Assembly (NCBI GenBank): GCA_902791625.1
Contig: CADAWN010000002.1
Span: 4,929 to 68,928, forward strand
Direction: 5' to 3'
Source of the DNA: an uncultured Erysipelotrichaceae bacterium
GTDB lineage: Bacteria; Bacillota_I; Bacilli_A; RF39; UBA660
Length of the DNA: 64,000 bases
The stretch's first letter is position 1; the number at the start of each line of letters is the position of its first letter. The notes beneath the pieces are model-generated. The model was not told the origin of the DNA. It ran no database searches and was given only the letters and a program-made list of their open reading frames with translations. Both the position numbers and the translations under genes were made by a program. Of the stretch, positions 11,083 to 21,215 are shown piece after piece.

Positions 11083-11166
11083 ATTAACAACGCCCCTTAT
11101 CTAACAGACGAGCATTATTATACCATATTTTTAGTAAAAAGTAAATAAAAAGAAGCTATTTTGCTT

Positions 11167-12471
11167 CTAATTACTTGTAAAAATAATATTTACAGGATAT
11201 TTTTCTACTTTCTTAACTTTAACTAGTTTTCTATCTTGATTACTAGAATCAGTTAACTTAGTCCTTACATAATCACTAAAATCAAGTGCATTCATTACTT
11301 CTTTAAATTTGTCATAACTTAGATTATTAAAATAATCTATATCAGAGTAATCTTCTGTATAATTCATGTGATCACCAAATGCTAATAGTTGATTATATTT
11401 ATCATCTAATTGTCTTATTCTTTCAGATAAAAACATCTTTTTAAGAGCAATAAAATCTTCTTCTGTTAAATTTTTTCTATTCATACCAATTAAAAAACAA
11501 TTATAATAATCAATAAAATTTCTAGTTACAACACTATTAACAAAGTATAGATAATTATCTACTTTTTCCATATGTAGTGCTTCAGAATGATCACATAAAC
11601 CATATCCAGCTATTGTAGAATAAGTAAGTTTAAATAAAAGTTTAGAAAAATAATATGCATCTTTTATATCTATTCCATCTGGTATTTTTGTTTTTATACC
11701 AAAACCATATAAATCGTTAACATCTTTTTTATAAAGTCTCTCACTTTTATTTCTAATAGAAGAATAATCATATTTAGGTAGTATTACTCTACTTTTATGT
11801 TCAGCTATATTTTTATATATACTATTTAGGTAATTAACTACTTCTTTTTCATCTAAGTTTCCACCTATAACTAGTACTTTATTTTGATCAGTATAAAAAG
11901 CATCATAACAAATTTTTAAATTTTCTATACTTATTTTTTTCTCTGTTTCTGTTGTGCCAAGAAAAAGTAAGGAATCATCATGTAATTCTACATCACCAAA
12001 TAAATTTTTTTCTGTAAGATGAGTTAACATAGCTGGATAATCATTCTCATACATTCTACATTCATCTATAATAGAATGTCTTGATTTTTCTACATCTTCA
12101 AATGTAAATCTAGGTTTATCAATAGCTTCAATTAATTTTTTAATAGATTCTTTTATATCTTTAGTTCCATAAAAATAATATGCAGTAAAATCTTTTTTAG
12201 TATAAGCATTATTTTCATATCCTTTTCTTGAAAAATAGTTTGTTAAATCACCATAGGAGCTACTTTCAAGAAGTAAATGTTCAAGATAATGTGCATACCC
12301 TGCTCCAACATCATAATCCTTTCCATCTAAATTAAACTTAAAGAATTCACCACTAAAACCATATTTAACTATATAATTCATAAATACTTGTTTCATTGAA
12401 GTATCTTGATATAAATATAGAGGTATTCCATTATCTAAAATAATCTTTTTATAATTATTCACAATCATCAC
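11167..12471 (-). CDS. M16-family zinc peptidase (active subunit)
   Basis: Inverted zinc motif HYLEH (HxxEH) in GYAHYLEHLLLES. Confidence 0.8.
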   Translation of the reverse strand: MMIVNNYKKIILDNGIPLYLYQDTSMKQVFMNYIVKYGFSGEFFKFNLDGKDYDVGAGYAHYLEHLLLESSSYGDLTNYFSRKGYENNAYTKKDFTAYYFYGTKDIKESIKKLIEAIDKPRFTFEDVEKSRHSIIDECRMYENDYPAMLTHLTEKNLFGDVELHDDSLLFLGTTETEKKISIENLKICYDAFYTDQNKVLVIGGNLDEKEVVNYLNSIYKNIAEHKSRVILPKYDYSSIRNKSERLYKKDVNDLYGFGIKTKIPDGIDIKDAYYFSKLLFKLTYSTIAGYGLCDHSEALHMEKVDNYLYFVNSVVTRNFIDYYNCFLIGMNRKNLTEEDFIALKKMFLSERIRQLDDKYNQLLAFGDHMNYTEDYSDIDYFNNLSYDKFKEVMNALDFSDYVRTKLTDSSNQDRKLVKVKKVEKYPVNIIFTSN

Positions 12472-13699
12472 CTCTGTATATAAATATATTTCTTTTCTTT
12501 AGAGTTTTTGTTTTTTCTAATAATTCTTCTGCAGTTACATTATCTATATTATCTGCAAACTCTGTTTCATTAAACTTATCAAATATTCCTGTCACATAAT
12601 CATTAATAGTATCTATCATATGTTTTTTATTTTCACTTAAAAGATAGTTTTCTTCTTTTATACTTTCCCTAGTTTTAATTAAAAACTCTTTTAGTTTTTC
12701 TTTATCTTTTAAATCATTAACTATTTCATCAGTTGCTTCTATTAACTTATCTATATTTTTCTTATCCACTTGTGCTTTAAATATTAATGTTTTTCTAGAA
12801 TATCCTACAACGGCATATGAAACATATACTAAATCATATTTTTCTCTTAGTATAGTTGTACAATAAATACTACTTACATTAAGTATATCAAATAAAATAT
12901 TATATAAAGCTTTATCCATTTCATCTAAAGAATAAGTTATATATACGACAGAATCTTTAGAATGCTTATTAGATATTTCTATTTTATCTTCATTAAAACA
13001 AGGTATTGACATACAGTCTATGTTTTCATCTTTACTATTTTCAAAAGGAATATGATCTCTAAAACTATTGAATTGTTCATCTGTTATATTTCCAAATATA
13101 TGTCCTTTAAAGAAATTATTTTTTATTGAATTATTATATGCTTTTTCTAAATCATCTAAACTTATAGAATTAAGCATCTTTTCTAAATATTTATAATTAG
13201 TAGAAAATATAAAAGCCTCTTTTCCACCTTTATATATTTCTTGTTTATATCTTCTTTCTGCATAGTTATCATATTCTATTAATGTTTGTTTCATCTTTGA
13301 TAAATAATACTCTTTTTCTTCTTTTAACACATCTTCTCTTGTAAAATCTGGTTGTAGTAACATTTCATTTATAAAACCATAAGCATCATCTAAATAATCT
13401 TCTTTTACTACTTGAGGAGATACTAAATCAATAGTTAAATATAATAGTGGAGTATCTCCATAATAACAGTTATATAACTCAATATCCATAGAATAAAAAG
13501 CATTTTTCTTTTCTCTAATATCCTCTATATTTGGATATATTTTATTAGCCTGTAATAAGTAATTAGCTAGTAATATATATACTGCATCCATTCTATTACC
13601 TTTATCTCTTTTGAAGATTAAAGTTATAGATATTGTATTAAAGGAATCATCTTTATATAAATATATTCCTTTGTCTTCTATTAAGTTGTCATAATCCAT
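12455..13699 (-). CDS. M16-like peptidase, non-catalytic partner
   Basis: Same size and gene pairing as the adjacent M16 peptidase but no HxxEH motif. The ATG at 13697-13699 is preceded by GGAGTGA; the track ORF extends to 13753. Confidence 0.55.
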   Translation of the reverse strand: MDYDNLIEDKGIYLYKDDSFNTISITLIFKRDKGNRMDAVYILLANYLLQANKIYPNIEDIREKKNAFYSMDIELYNCYYGDTPLLYLTIDLVSPQVVKEDYLDDAYGFINEMLLQPDFTREDVLKEEKEYYLSKMKQTLIEYDNYAERRYKQEIYKGGKEAFIFSTNYKYLEKMLNSISLDDLEKAYNNSIKNNFFKGHIFGNITDEQFNSFRDHIPFENSKDENIDCMSIPCFNEDKIEISNKHSKDSVVYITYSLDEMDKALYNILFDILNVSSIYCTTILREKYDLVYVSYAVVGYSRKTLIFKAQVDKKNIDKLIEATDEIVNDLKDKEKLKEFLIKTRESIKEENYLLSENKKHMIDTINDYVTGIFDKFNETEFADNIDNVTAEELLEKTKTLKKRNIFIYRGDDCE

Positions 13700-13776
13700 A
13701 AGTATCACTCCAGTATATCTCATTATTATAAGTATTGGAGTATTAAAAGTCAAACAAAAAAGCCTATAAAATAGGC

Positions 13777-14043
13777 TTAACTAAACATTCCAAGTCCTAA
13801 AACTTGTGGTTTATTAGTTTTAGATACAAATTGATAGTTTTTATCTTCTTGTTCAAACTTAATTATGGCTTCTTTTAAAGCTTTTAATTGTTCTTTATTC
13901 ATTTCGTTTATACTATCAATATATTCTTGTTGAACATGTTTTTTATTATAATCATTTGTTACTCTTGATTCTAATTTAAAAAGTTCTTCATCACTCATCA
14001 TATCAAGTTCTTCTATATATTTTTTATATGGATTTTTCTTCAT
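13777..14043 (-). CDS. Small charged helical hypothetical protein
   Basis: ATG at 14041-14043 preceded by GAGGGGGA; the track ORF extends to 14067. Confidence 0.45.
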   Translation of the reverse strand: MKKNPYKKYIEELDMMSDEELFKLESRVTNDYNKKHVQQEYIDSINEMNKEQLKALKEAIIKFEQEDKNYQFVSKTNKPQVLGLGMFS

Positions 14044-14100
14044 TTTGATCCCCCTCAAAATTGACATTATTATAACATAATCAAACTAAATAATCAATTA

Positions 14101-14823
14101 TTACTTTATATTTTTAAATACTTTAACTAAATCATCATTAATAACTAAATCTGCTTTTTCATCAAAACTAGTTTTATCATTATTAATAATTACTAAATAT
14201 TTACCATTAAAATAATTTACTAAACCACTTGCAGGATATACAGTTAAAGATGTACCAGCAACTATTAACATATCTGCTTTGTAAATTGCTTTAGAAGCAT
14301 TACTAAATGCTTCATCTGGTAACATTTCTCCATATAAAACTACATCTGGTTTAACAATACCACCACAACTACATTTAGGTACTTCATTATCTTTAAATAT
14401 ATATTTTCCATCATATTCTTTATTACATTTAATACAATGACCTCTATTTACTGTACCATGTATTTCATAAACTATTTTACTTCCTGCTTTAGTATGAAGG
14501 CCATCTATATTTTGAGTAATAACAGCTTTTAATTTATCTTCATCTTCTAACTCTTTTAGTACTTTATGAACAATATTGGGTTTATATTTTAGACAATTCA
14601 TATTTTCTTTATAGTATTCATAAAAGAGTTTTGTATTCTCATAAAAGCATCTTGAACTAAGTAAATATTCTGGTGGAAAATCATATTTATTTTTCTTTTT
14701 ATATAGTCCATCTTTTCCTCTAAAATCTGGTAACCCACTAGCAGTAGATACTCCTGCACCACCAAAGAAAACTATATTATTGCATTCTTTTATCATTTCT
14801 TTTAATTTATCTATTTTATTCAT
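14101..14823 (-). CDS. cobB: NAD-dependent protein deacylase, Sir2 family
   Basis: GAGVSTASGLPDFRGKDGLY and TQNIDGLH motifs plus a Cys4 zinc module. Likely start is the ATG at 14821-14823, after AGAGGTG. Confidence 0.9.
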   Translation of the reverse strand: MNKIDKLKEMIKECNNIVFFGGAGVSTASGLPDFRGKDGLYKKKNKYDFPPEYLLSSRCFYENTKLFYEYYKENMNCLKYKPNIVHKVLKELEDEDKLKAVITQNIDGLHTKAGSKIVYEIHGTVNRGHCIKCNKEYDGKYIFKDNEVPKCSCGGIVKPDVVLYGEMLPDEAFSNASKAIYKADMLIVAGTSLTVYPASGLVNYFNGKYLVIINNDKTSFDEKADLVINDDLVKVFKNIK

Positions 14824-15478
14824 GTAAAGCACCTCTTTTATTACCAAATACTAAGAGTACTGAGATAATATAAGACATTAAATATATAACCGGAATTACT
14901 ATATAAATATTATTTATATTTCCTTGTAGGAAACCATAAAAATCATATTTAAAAGTAAGTCCTCCATTATTTAAATGTATTAAAACATTAGCTATATAAA
15001 ATATTGAATATAAGAACATTGGTATTATTCCAAAAAAAGCATACTTATATTTATTCTTATGTTTTTCAAAGAATATATAAGTAATAATTGAAAGAACCGG
15101 AATAATTAAATGAAAGAATAAATTATTGTTATTAAACATCGCATAAAAACCATATGAAGGTCCTAGAAAAAAAGTAGTTGTTAAAAATGTTAGAGTAATT
15201 CCAGATGTTGCGATTAGTTTTAAAATATATATTTTTTTAGGTATTTCTTTTATTCTATTTTTTAATAGTTTTATTTCATAAATAATAAATATTAAAGATA
15301 TTATTCCCATTAATATATTAGAATCTACTGTATAAAATTTAAACATTTCTAATTTTGATACTTCAAGTAATGTTTCACCAGGCATAAATTTAAACCCAAT
15401 AAACATAAATATACTTGAAAGGAGTACTAATAATACTATTATTATATTTAATATTAATGATATCTTAATTTTCTTCAT
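14816..15478 (-). CDS. Integral membrane protein (possibly Pr6Pr/FAR-17a-AIG1-like)
   Basis: Six predicted TM segments and a FYTVDSNILMG motif. Confidence 0.35.
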   Translation of the reverse strand: MKKIKISLILNIIIVLLVLLSSIFMFIGFKFMPGETLLEVSKLEMFKFYTVDSNILMGIISLIFIIYEIKLLKNRIKEIPKKIYILKLIATSGITLTFLTTTFFLGPSYGFYAMFNNNNLFFHLIIPVLSIITYIFFEKHKNKYKYAFFGIIPMFLYSIFYIANVLIHLNNGGLTFKYDFYGFLQGNINNIYIVIPVIYLMSYIISVLLVFGNKRGALHE

Positions 15479-15531
15479 ATTATCACCTAAATAAATTATA
15501 ACATAAAAGAACTAGTTTCCTAGTTCCTTAA

Positions 15532-16209
15532 TTATTTATTTTTTTCCTTATATTCTTCAAATGTTATATTCTTAGACATTATTTCTTTAGCTATTTCTTT
15601 ATCTTTAATATATCTTAAATGCCAAGGTTCATAACTATATCCAGTTATATCATCTTTACCTTCTAAATATCTTAAAATGAATCCATAATCAGCAAGTTTT
15701 TCATGTACTTTAGAAAATATTTTTCTCTCAGCAATCATCTCATCATTGTTATTAATAATCTTTCCATCTTTCTTTATACATACATCTATTGCAAGGCCTG
15801 TATGATGTTCAGAATATCCTGGTACAGCTACATACTTTTTAACATATTCAATACCTTTTTCTGGATCTTTTGACCATTCATCCCATAATTCTTGTTGTTC
15901 TTTTACTGAACGATAAACACTTTCAAGTTCAATGTCTACTCCTTCTTTTAAAAGAGCACTTCTTAATTTCTTAAATTGACTTAATGCTTCCTTTTCAACT
16001 TTAATATCTTCATCCCAAATGTTTTTTACAGTTTCTAATTCTACTTTTTCTTCCCAATCATCAGGAAGTTTATTTTTCTTATTAACTAATACTAGATAAT
16101 CTATACCATCATTACTACATCCAGTTAATGAAAATACTAAACCTAATGTCATTACAAATAATAATATTTTAATTTTCTTCATTTTCATCATCATTTCCTT
16201 ATTTTTCAC
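15532..16209 (-). CDS. D-alanyl-D-alanine carboxypeptidase, VanY/M15B family, lipoprotein
   Basis: Lipobox LTGC; SEHHTGLAIDV and EPWHLRY zinc-peptidase motifs. Confidence 0.85.
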   Translation of the reverse strand: MKNKEMMMKMKKIKILLFVMTLGLVFSLTGCSNDGIDYLVLVNKKNKLPDDWEEKVELETVKNIWDEDIKVEKEALSQFKKLRSALLKEGVDIELESVYRSVKEQQELWDEWSKDPEKGIEYVKKYVAVPGYSEHHTGLAIDVCIKKDGKIINNNDEMIAERKIFSKVHEKLADYGFILRYLEGKDDITGYSYEPWHLRYIKDKEIAKEIMSKNITFEEYKEKNK

Positions 16210-16444
16210 CTCTAAGTGCTTTCTTATCTCTTCTTACTTTAAGGATACCTTCAATTATAGCCATAATAACACCAAATACTATTGGTCCAATTATATGTTC
16301 TCCAACTGAGTAATGAAATGTTGAATTTGTAATCATGTTATCAAAAAACATATCAAATAGTGGCCAGATAATTAGAGCAGCTATTGTCATTGAAAGAAAT
16401 TGTACAAGCATATATAAAGCAAGATTTTCTTCTATTTTTTTCAT
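16199..16444 (-). CDS. Small membrane protein
   Basis: 81 aa with two hydrophobic helices, overlapping the neighbouring genes at both ends. Confidence 0.45.
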   Translation of the reverse strand: MKKIEENLALYMLVQFLSMTIAALIIWPLFDMFFDNMITNSTFHYSVGEHIIGPIVFGVIMAIIEGILKVRRDKKALRGEK

Positions 16445-17424
16445 ATTATTTCATCCTCCTCTTCTTCATATTTATAGAAACCTTCTCCTGAAGATTTTCC
16501 CATTTTTCCTTCACTAATATATTTATTTAATACATCAAGCATACCATCATAATTATATGGTAACATCATTTTCTTAAGTAGTGGATCAAATATATTAGGT
16601 ACTTTTTGATATTGTAGCACAATATTTTTAGCTGTTTCAAGTCCTACTGTATCAATTATTTTAAATGGTCCTTTTGGAGCTCCTGTACCTAAAGTCCAAG
16701 CCTTATCAATAGTTATAGGATCAGATACACCATTAGCAACTAAATCCATTGCACTTAATAAGAAAGGTACTAACATTGAATTAAGTAAATAACCTGACTT
16801 TTCTTCTTTTGCAGCTAGTGGAATCATATTAATACTTTCTGCAAAACTAACTATTTCATTAAAATACTTTTCATCAGTTTTATCATGTCCCATAACTTCT
16901 GCTATATTATTTTTCCAAATAGAATTAGCAAAGTGAAGAGCTAAAAATTTATCTTCTCTTCCAGTTGATTTAGCAAGTTTAGATGGTAAGAGAGTTGATG
17001 AGTTAGTAACAATTACTGTTTTTTCTGGAAGTATATTTTTTATTTGTTCATAAAAATTCTTCTTAACATCAATATTTTCTGTAATTGATTCAATTAGAAC
17101 ATCAGCATCCTTTAGTGATTCTTCTTGACTAGAAGATATAGTGATATTTTCTAAAGCATTATTTACTTTATTAATGCATTCTTCTTTATTAAAATTATCA
17201 ACACTACTAATTCCTCTACACCACTCAATAGGTTCTTCTTTAGACATTTCTTTAATCGCATCTAAATAAGTCTTCTTTAACTTTTTTAGTTTTTCTTCTA
17301 CTTCATTCTTTGAATCTTCTTCTCTTACTAAGATTGTTACATTAAAACTACAGTATGCACTTTGAAAGGCTATTTGACTTCCAAGTATTCCTCCTCCAGC
17401 AACTACTACATTTTTATAATTCAT
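16441..17424 (-). CDS. 3-hydroxyacyl-CoA (3-hydroxybutyryl-CoA) dehydrogenase family
   Basis: Rossmann motif VVVAGGGILGSQIAFQ and overall HBD-like layout. Confidence 0.75.
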   Translation of the reverse strand: MNYKNVVVAGGGILGSQIAFQSAYCSFNVTILVREEDSKNEVEEKLKKLKKTYLDAIKEMSKEEPIEWCRGISSVDNFNKEECINKVNNALENITISSSQEESLKDADVLIESITENIDVKKNFYEQIKNILPEKTVIVTNSSTLLPSKLAKSTGREDKFLALHFANSIWKNNIAEVMGHDKTDEKYFNEIVSFAESINMIPLAAKEEKSGYLLNSMLVPFLLSAMDLVANGVSDPITIDKAWTLGTGAPKGPFKIIDTVGLETAKNIVLQYQKVPNIFDPLLKKMMLPYNYDGMLDVLNKYISEGKMGKSSGEGFYKYEEEEDEII

Positions 17425-17433
17425 AAATTCCTC

Positions 17434-17820
17434 CTATTCAATTACTACTAATGAAATATTTTTATTTCCATCAACTTTAACAGTATGCTTTTCTTCTTTT
17501 ACTACTTCACCTTCAATACTTACGTATTTAAAAGTAATTGTAGTTTTACCTTTTTTTAATCCTTTAAATACATAGTTAATATCTACTGCTCCACCCTCAA
17601 CTAATTCTTTTTCTTTGCTTATTTCATACTTTTTTACAAACTCTACTATATCTTTATCTTTTATTTCATATTTCCATTCAAATGGTACTCCTCCATTTGT
17701 TTTATATGTTAATTCTAATTTTTTAGAGCTATCATCACTACTTAATAAATAAGCAGTTAAACCAAGGCCAAGACCTAAAACAAATAAACATATTAGTATT
17801 ATTACTCTTTTATTTTTCAT
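17434..17820 (-). CDS. Secreted small beta-rich protein (possibly a chagasin/I42-like inhibitor)
   Basis: Signal peptide present; the TNGGVPFEWKYEI segment is only weakly reminiscent of I42 inhibitors. Confidence 0.3.
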   Translation of the reverse strand: MKNKRVIILICLFVLGLGLGLTAYLLSSDDSSKKLELTYKTNGGVPFEWKYEIKDKDIVEFVKKYEISKEKELVEGGAVDINYVFKGLKKGKTTITFKYVSIEGEVVKEEKHTVKVDGNKNISLVVIE

Positions 17821-17872
17821 ATCTTATCACCTATTAAAATTTTAACATAAAAGAAAAGAAATAGAAAGATTT

Positions 17873-18703
17873 CTATTTCTTTATGACAATTAGTTTACTA
17901 CCTACACCATTTAGTTCAATTACATTAGTTGATTCTTCTGTATTTATTGCATCAACAAATTCATTTTTAACACCTTTAAGTATAGTTTTATATTCTTGAT
18001 TTTCTGGAAATTTTACTCTAGCTGTTGAATTAAATGTATTTACTTCTAATACTCCATCTAACTTATCATAGTTTGCTTCAATATCACATTTAGTAGTATT
18101 TAATACTATTTTACCTTTAGAGTTTAAAACATTTAAGTATTTTAAATTACCATCATATTCTAATTTATTTAATTCTAAATCAGATATATTTAGTGTTTTC
18201 ATTTTAGATTTTAACTCTATCTCATCAATATATTTTTGTGGTAAAAACATCTTTATAGATATATCACTAATTTTCTTTTTATTCTTAACATCAATATCTA
18301 ACTTATTATATATATCATCAAATTTAACTTTAAAAGAATCTTTTAAGTTTTCTTCTTCATTAGAAGATACTTCTAAAACTATTTTTTCTTCTTTAGATGG
18401 TTCAATAGAAAGTTCATTAATCATATCAATATTAATATCGAAATGTTTAGTATGATCTATTTCTAGTTCATATACTTCCTTATAATTTTTATCAATAGTA
18501 ATCTCTTTTTCTTCTTTAACTAATTCATCAATAGTTGTATTAAATAATATACTTATTTGTTTTAAGTTTTCTATATCAGGTATACCATCACCACTTTCCC
18601 ATTTAGTAATGGCTTGTCTAGATACATTTAATTTGTCTGCAAGGTTTTCTTGAGTAAATCCATTTTCCTTTCTTAGCATTTTTAATTTTTCACTAAATTG
18701 CAT
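17873..18703 (-). CDS. XRE-family HTH transcriptional regulator with extended C-terminal domain
   Basis: N-terminal LKMLRKENGFTQENLADKLNVSRQAITKWESG helix-turn-helix. Confidence 0.85.
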   Translation of the reverse strand: MQFSEKLKMLRKENGFTQENLADKLNVSRQAITKWESGDGIPDIENLKQISILFNTTIDELVKEEKEITIDKNYKEVYELEIDHTKHFDINIDMINELSIEPSKEEKIVLEVSSNEEENLKDSFKVKFDDIYNKLDIDVKNKKKISDISIKMFLPQKYIDEIELKSKMKTLNISDLELNKLEYDGNLKYLNVLNSKGKIVLNTTKCDIEANYDKLDGVLEVNTFNSTARVKFPENQEYKTILKGVKNEFVDAINTEESTNVIELNGVGSKLIVIKK

Positions 18704-18787
18704 ACTTTTTCACACTCCTTGAGCAAATTTTATTAAATTTTATATAGTTTCACAAGCAAACTTTATTTACATTTTATGATTTTTTTG

Positions 18788-19567
18788 CTACTTATCGTAG
18801 CATTTTTCTATTTTTACATTATTTTTATCTTTTTTTAGTGCATTTGTTGTAATATATGCAGTAATTGGTATTACAAGTATACATCCTATAGCACTAAATA
18901 ATATTCTTATTAACTCAGCTACAAAAGTTTTAGAATTCATAATATCAAAGAATGAGTAATTACCTTTAGAAAACCATATAAGTAATGTCATGAAGTCTCC
19001 TAAAAAAGCAAACATTAATGTATTTGTAGTAGTACACAATATATCTTTACCTATATTCATTCCTGAAATAAATAATTCCTTTTTTGTTAAATCTTTATTA
19101 TTTTGATGTACTTCATATAAAGCAGAAGATATAGCAATAGATGAATCAACAGTTGCTCCTATTAAACTTATTAATATCATAGATATAGCTATATTAGTAA
19201 AATCAATATTAACATCATATGAAAACATATTTATTTCTTCATATGACTCATATCCAAATCCAGCTATTCTAGATAAATATGTAGTTATAAAAATAAGTAG
19301 TAATAAAACTAATAGAACAATAGCTATAGATTTTAAACTAGATTTAGTTTTAATATTTTTTTCATTTACATAATATAGAATTATATAACTTATAATAAAA
19401 CATCCTATTAAAGAACAAATAATTGGGTTTAATCCTAATGCGATTAAATAAAAGATTATCATTAATATTAAAAAATTAAATATTATAGATAAGAATAGTT
19501 TTATACCTCTTTTTTTATCAATATATATCATTAATAAAAATAATATAATTACTAATATTAGATTCAT
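18788..19567 (-). CDS. YibE/F-family membrane protein
   Basis: Polytopic protein with GKDILCTTTNTLMFAFLG, a paralog of the upstream gene. Confidence 0.55.
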   Translation of the reverse strand: MNLILVIILFLLMIYIDKKRGIKLFLSIIFNFLILMIIFYLIALGLNPIICSLIGCFIISYIILYYVNEKNIKTKSSLKSIAIVLLVLLLLIFITTYLSRIAGFGYESYEEINMFSYDVNIDFTNIAISMILISLIGATVDSSIAISSALYEVHQNNKDLTKKELFISGMNIGKDILCTTTNTLMFAFLGDFMTLLIWFSKGNYSFFDIMNSKTFVAELIRILFSAIGCILVIPITAYITTNALKKDKNNVKIEKCYDK

Positions 19568-20625
19568 TTCGCACCTCTTTTCATTATTCTAATGGAAATA
19601 AATGCTGCGACTGGTATTGTCATAACTATTCCTATACTTCCCACTAAAAATCTAGTTAATTCTAGTGAAAAATTAGTTGTAATATAGTTATGCATTGAAA
19701 ATCCATTACGAAGTGCTAATACAAATATTGGAAGTCCTGCACATAAATATGTAAAGAATAAAACATTACTCATTGTACTCATTATATCTTTACCTATTTC
19801 TTTAGCAGATTTATTTAATTTCTTAACTGAAATCTTATTATCTTTTTCAATTAATTCTGACATAGAAGATGAAATAGTTATAGCAACATCCATAATTGCT
19901 CCAAGTGAACCTATTAACAATTCTGGAAGAATTATATCTTCTACTGGTACAGTTAAGAATGACAATTCATTAAAGTTTATTCCTTTATAATTAGTTAGTT
20001 TAACTATTAGTAGTAGTATCAAAAGCATAACTGTTGTTGAAACTATAACTGATACTATTGCTGATAGTGTTTTTTTATTAAATCCACTTGCCAGTAATAA
20101 AGAAAGTACTGAGAAAATAATCATTTCTATAACACATAACAATAATAAGTTAACTCCACTAAAGTATAATGATAACCCTATATAGAAAATACACATATTA
20201 AATACTACACTTACTACTGATAATAATCCTTTGAAGGATCCTACTATATATATTAAGTTTAAAAAGATTACAACTATTAAAGTAACATAGAAATCTCTTT
20301 TTAGTCCTACATCAGAACCACTTAATATTAGTTTATCTCCTACTTTATATTTGTCTGTCACAACAGATGAATAAGCTTCTTCATAAACTATTTTCTTTTC
20401 TTTACTCTTATTTTTACCATTTGTAATAGTACCTTTTATCTCTTTTTTATAATACTTTTCTTCTAGTCCTAAAGCATTTTGAGATATATCTTCTTTCAAT
20501 ACATTTATATTTGTTACTTTCATAATTTGATCTGAATATAAAAAATCATCATTATATACAAATATTAATGTAGCTATTGATACTAACAATAAAATTATAA
20601 ATATTACTTTCTTCATAATCACCAC
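19564..20625 (-). CDS. YibE/F-family membrane protein
   Basis: GKDIMSTMSNVLFFTYLCAG motif; overlaps its partner gene by 4 nt. Confidence 0.55.
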   Translation of the reverse strand: MVIMKKVIFIILLLVSIATLIFVYNDDFLYSDQIMKVTNINVLKEDISQNALGLEEKYYKKEIKGTITNGKNKSKEKKIVYEEAYSSVVTDKYKVGDKLILSGSDVGLKRDFYVTLIVVIFLNLIYIVGSFKGLLSVVSVVFNMCIFYIGLSLYFSGVNLLLLCVIEMIIFSVLSLLLASGFNKKTLSAIVSVIVSTTVMLLILLLIVKLTNYKGINFNELSFLTVPVEDIILPELLIGSLGAIMDVAITISSSMSELIEKDNKISVKKLNKSAKEIGKDIMSTMSNVLFFTYLCAGLPIFVLALRNGFSMHNYITTNFSLELTRFLVGSIGIVMTIPVAAFISIRIMKRGAK

Positions 20626-20672
20626 TTCAACATTATATCATATATTATTATTTTAATTCGAAATAAATTCTC

Positions 20673-21206
20673 CTACTTATAATAAATATTAGTATCTTCT
20701 AAAAAAGAATAATACTCTTTTACTTTCTTAATCACTTCTTTATCATCTAATTTAAACTTAAGTACTTCATCTTCTATATCATCAGGAAACATTCTTTTTA
20801 TTGAAGCACTTCTTTCAAAACCATCTATTGGTTCTTCATATTTAATTACTTTGTTAGTTTTTTTATCAAAAGTAAATTTGTAAGGCATACTATTACCAGA
20901 AAAAGGGATTATTTTATTATTCTTTACATAGTATGATTGAATATTAATGTACATATAAGCATATTTATAATCTTTATCCATAGTTATTCCAAATTTATGA
21001 TAGTCAGTAAATATTTTAAAATTAGATTTATTCTTACTATCATAATTAGTATGTTTAACTAAATACTCTATTGCAACATCATAAAGATTATCACTATCAG
21101 TAATATATTTTTCTTCACTTTTCATAAGTACTTTAAATATAATAAAACCTGAAGTAATAATTACTACTAATAAACTTAACAAAATAATTACTCTTTTATT
21201 TTTCAT
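20673..21206 (-). CDS. Secreted/anchored hypothetical protein
   Basis: N-terminal signal anchor; no other motif recognised. Confidence 0.45.
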   Translation of the reverse strand: MKNKRVIILLSLLVVIITSGFIIFKVLMKSEEKYITDSDNLYDVAIEYLVKHTNYDSKNKSNFKIFTDYHKFGITMDKDYKYAYMYINIQSYYVKNNKIIPFSGNSMPYKFTFDKKTNKVIKYEEPIDGFERSASIKRMFPDDIEDEVLKFKLDDKEVIKKVKEYYSFLEDTNIYYK

Positions 21207-21215
21207 AAAAACCTC

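Noticed and set aside
9289-14067. Small protein + M16 peptidase pair + AMP-ligase, considered as a possible RiPP or lipopeptide cluster (AlbE/AlbF-like peptidases).
   Set aside because: There is no radical-SAM enzyme, cyclodehydratase, transporter or Cys/Ser/Thr-rich core peptide. Paired M16B peptidases (the YmfF/YmfH type) are common housekeeping genes in Firmicutes.
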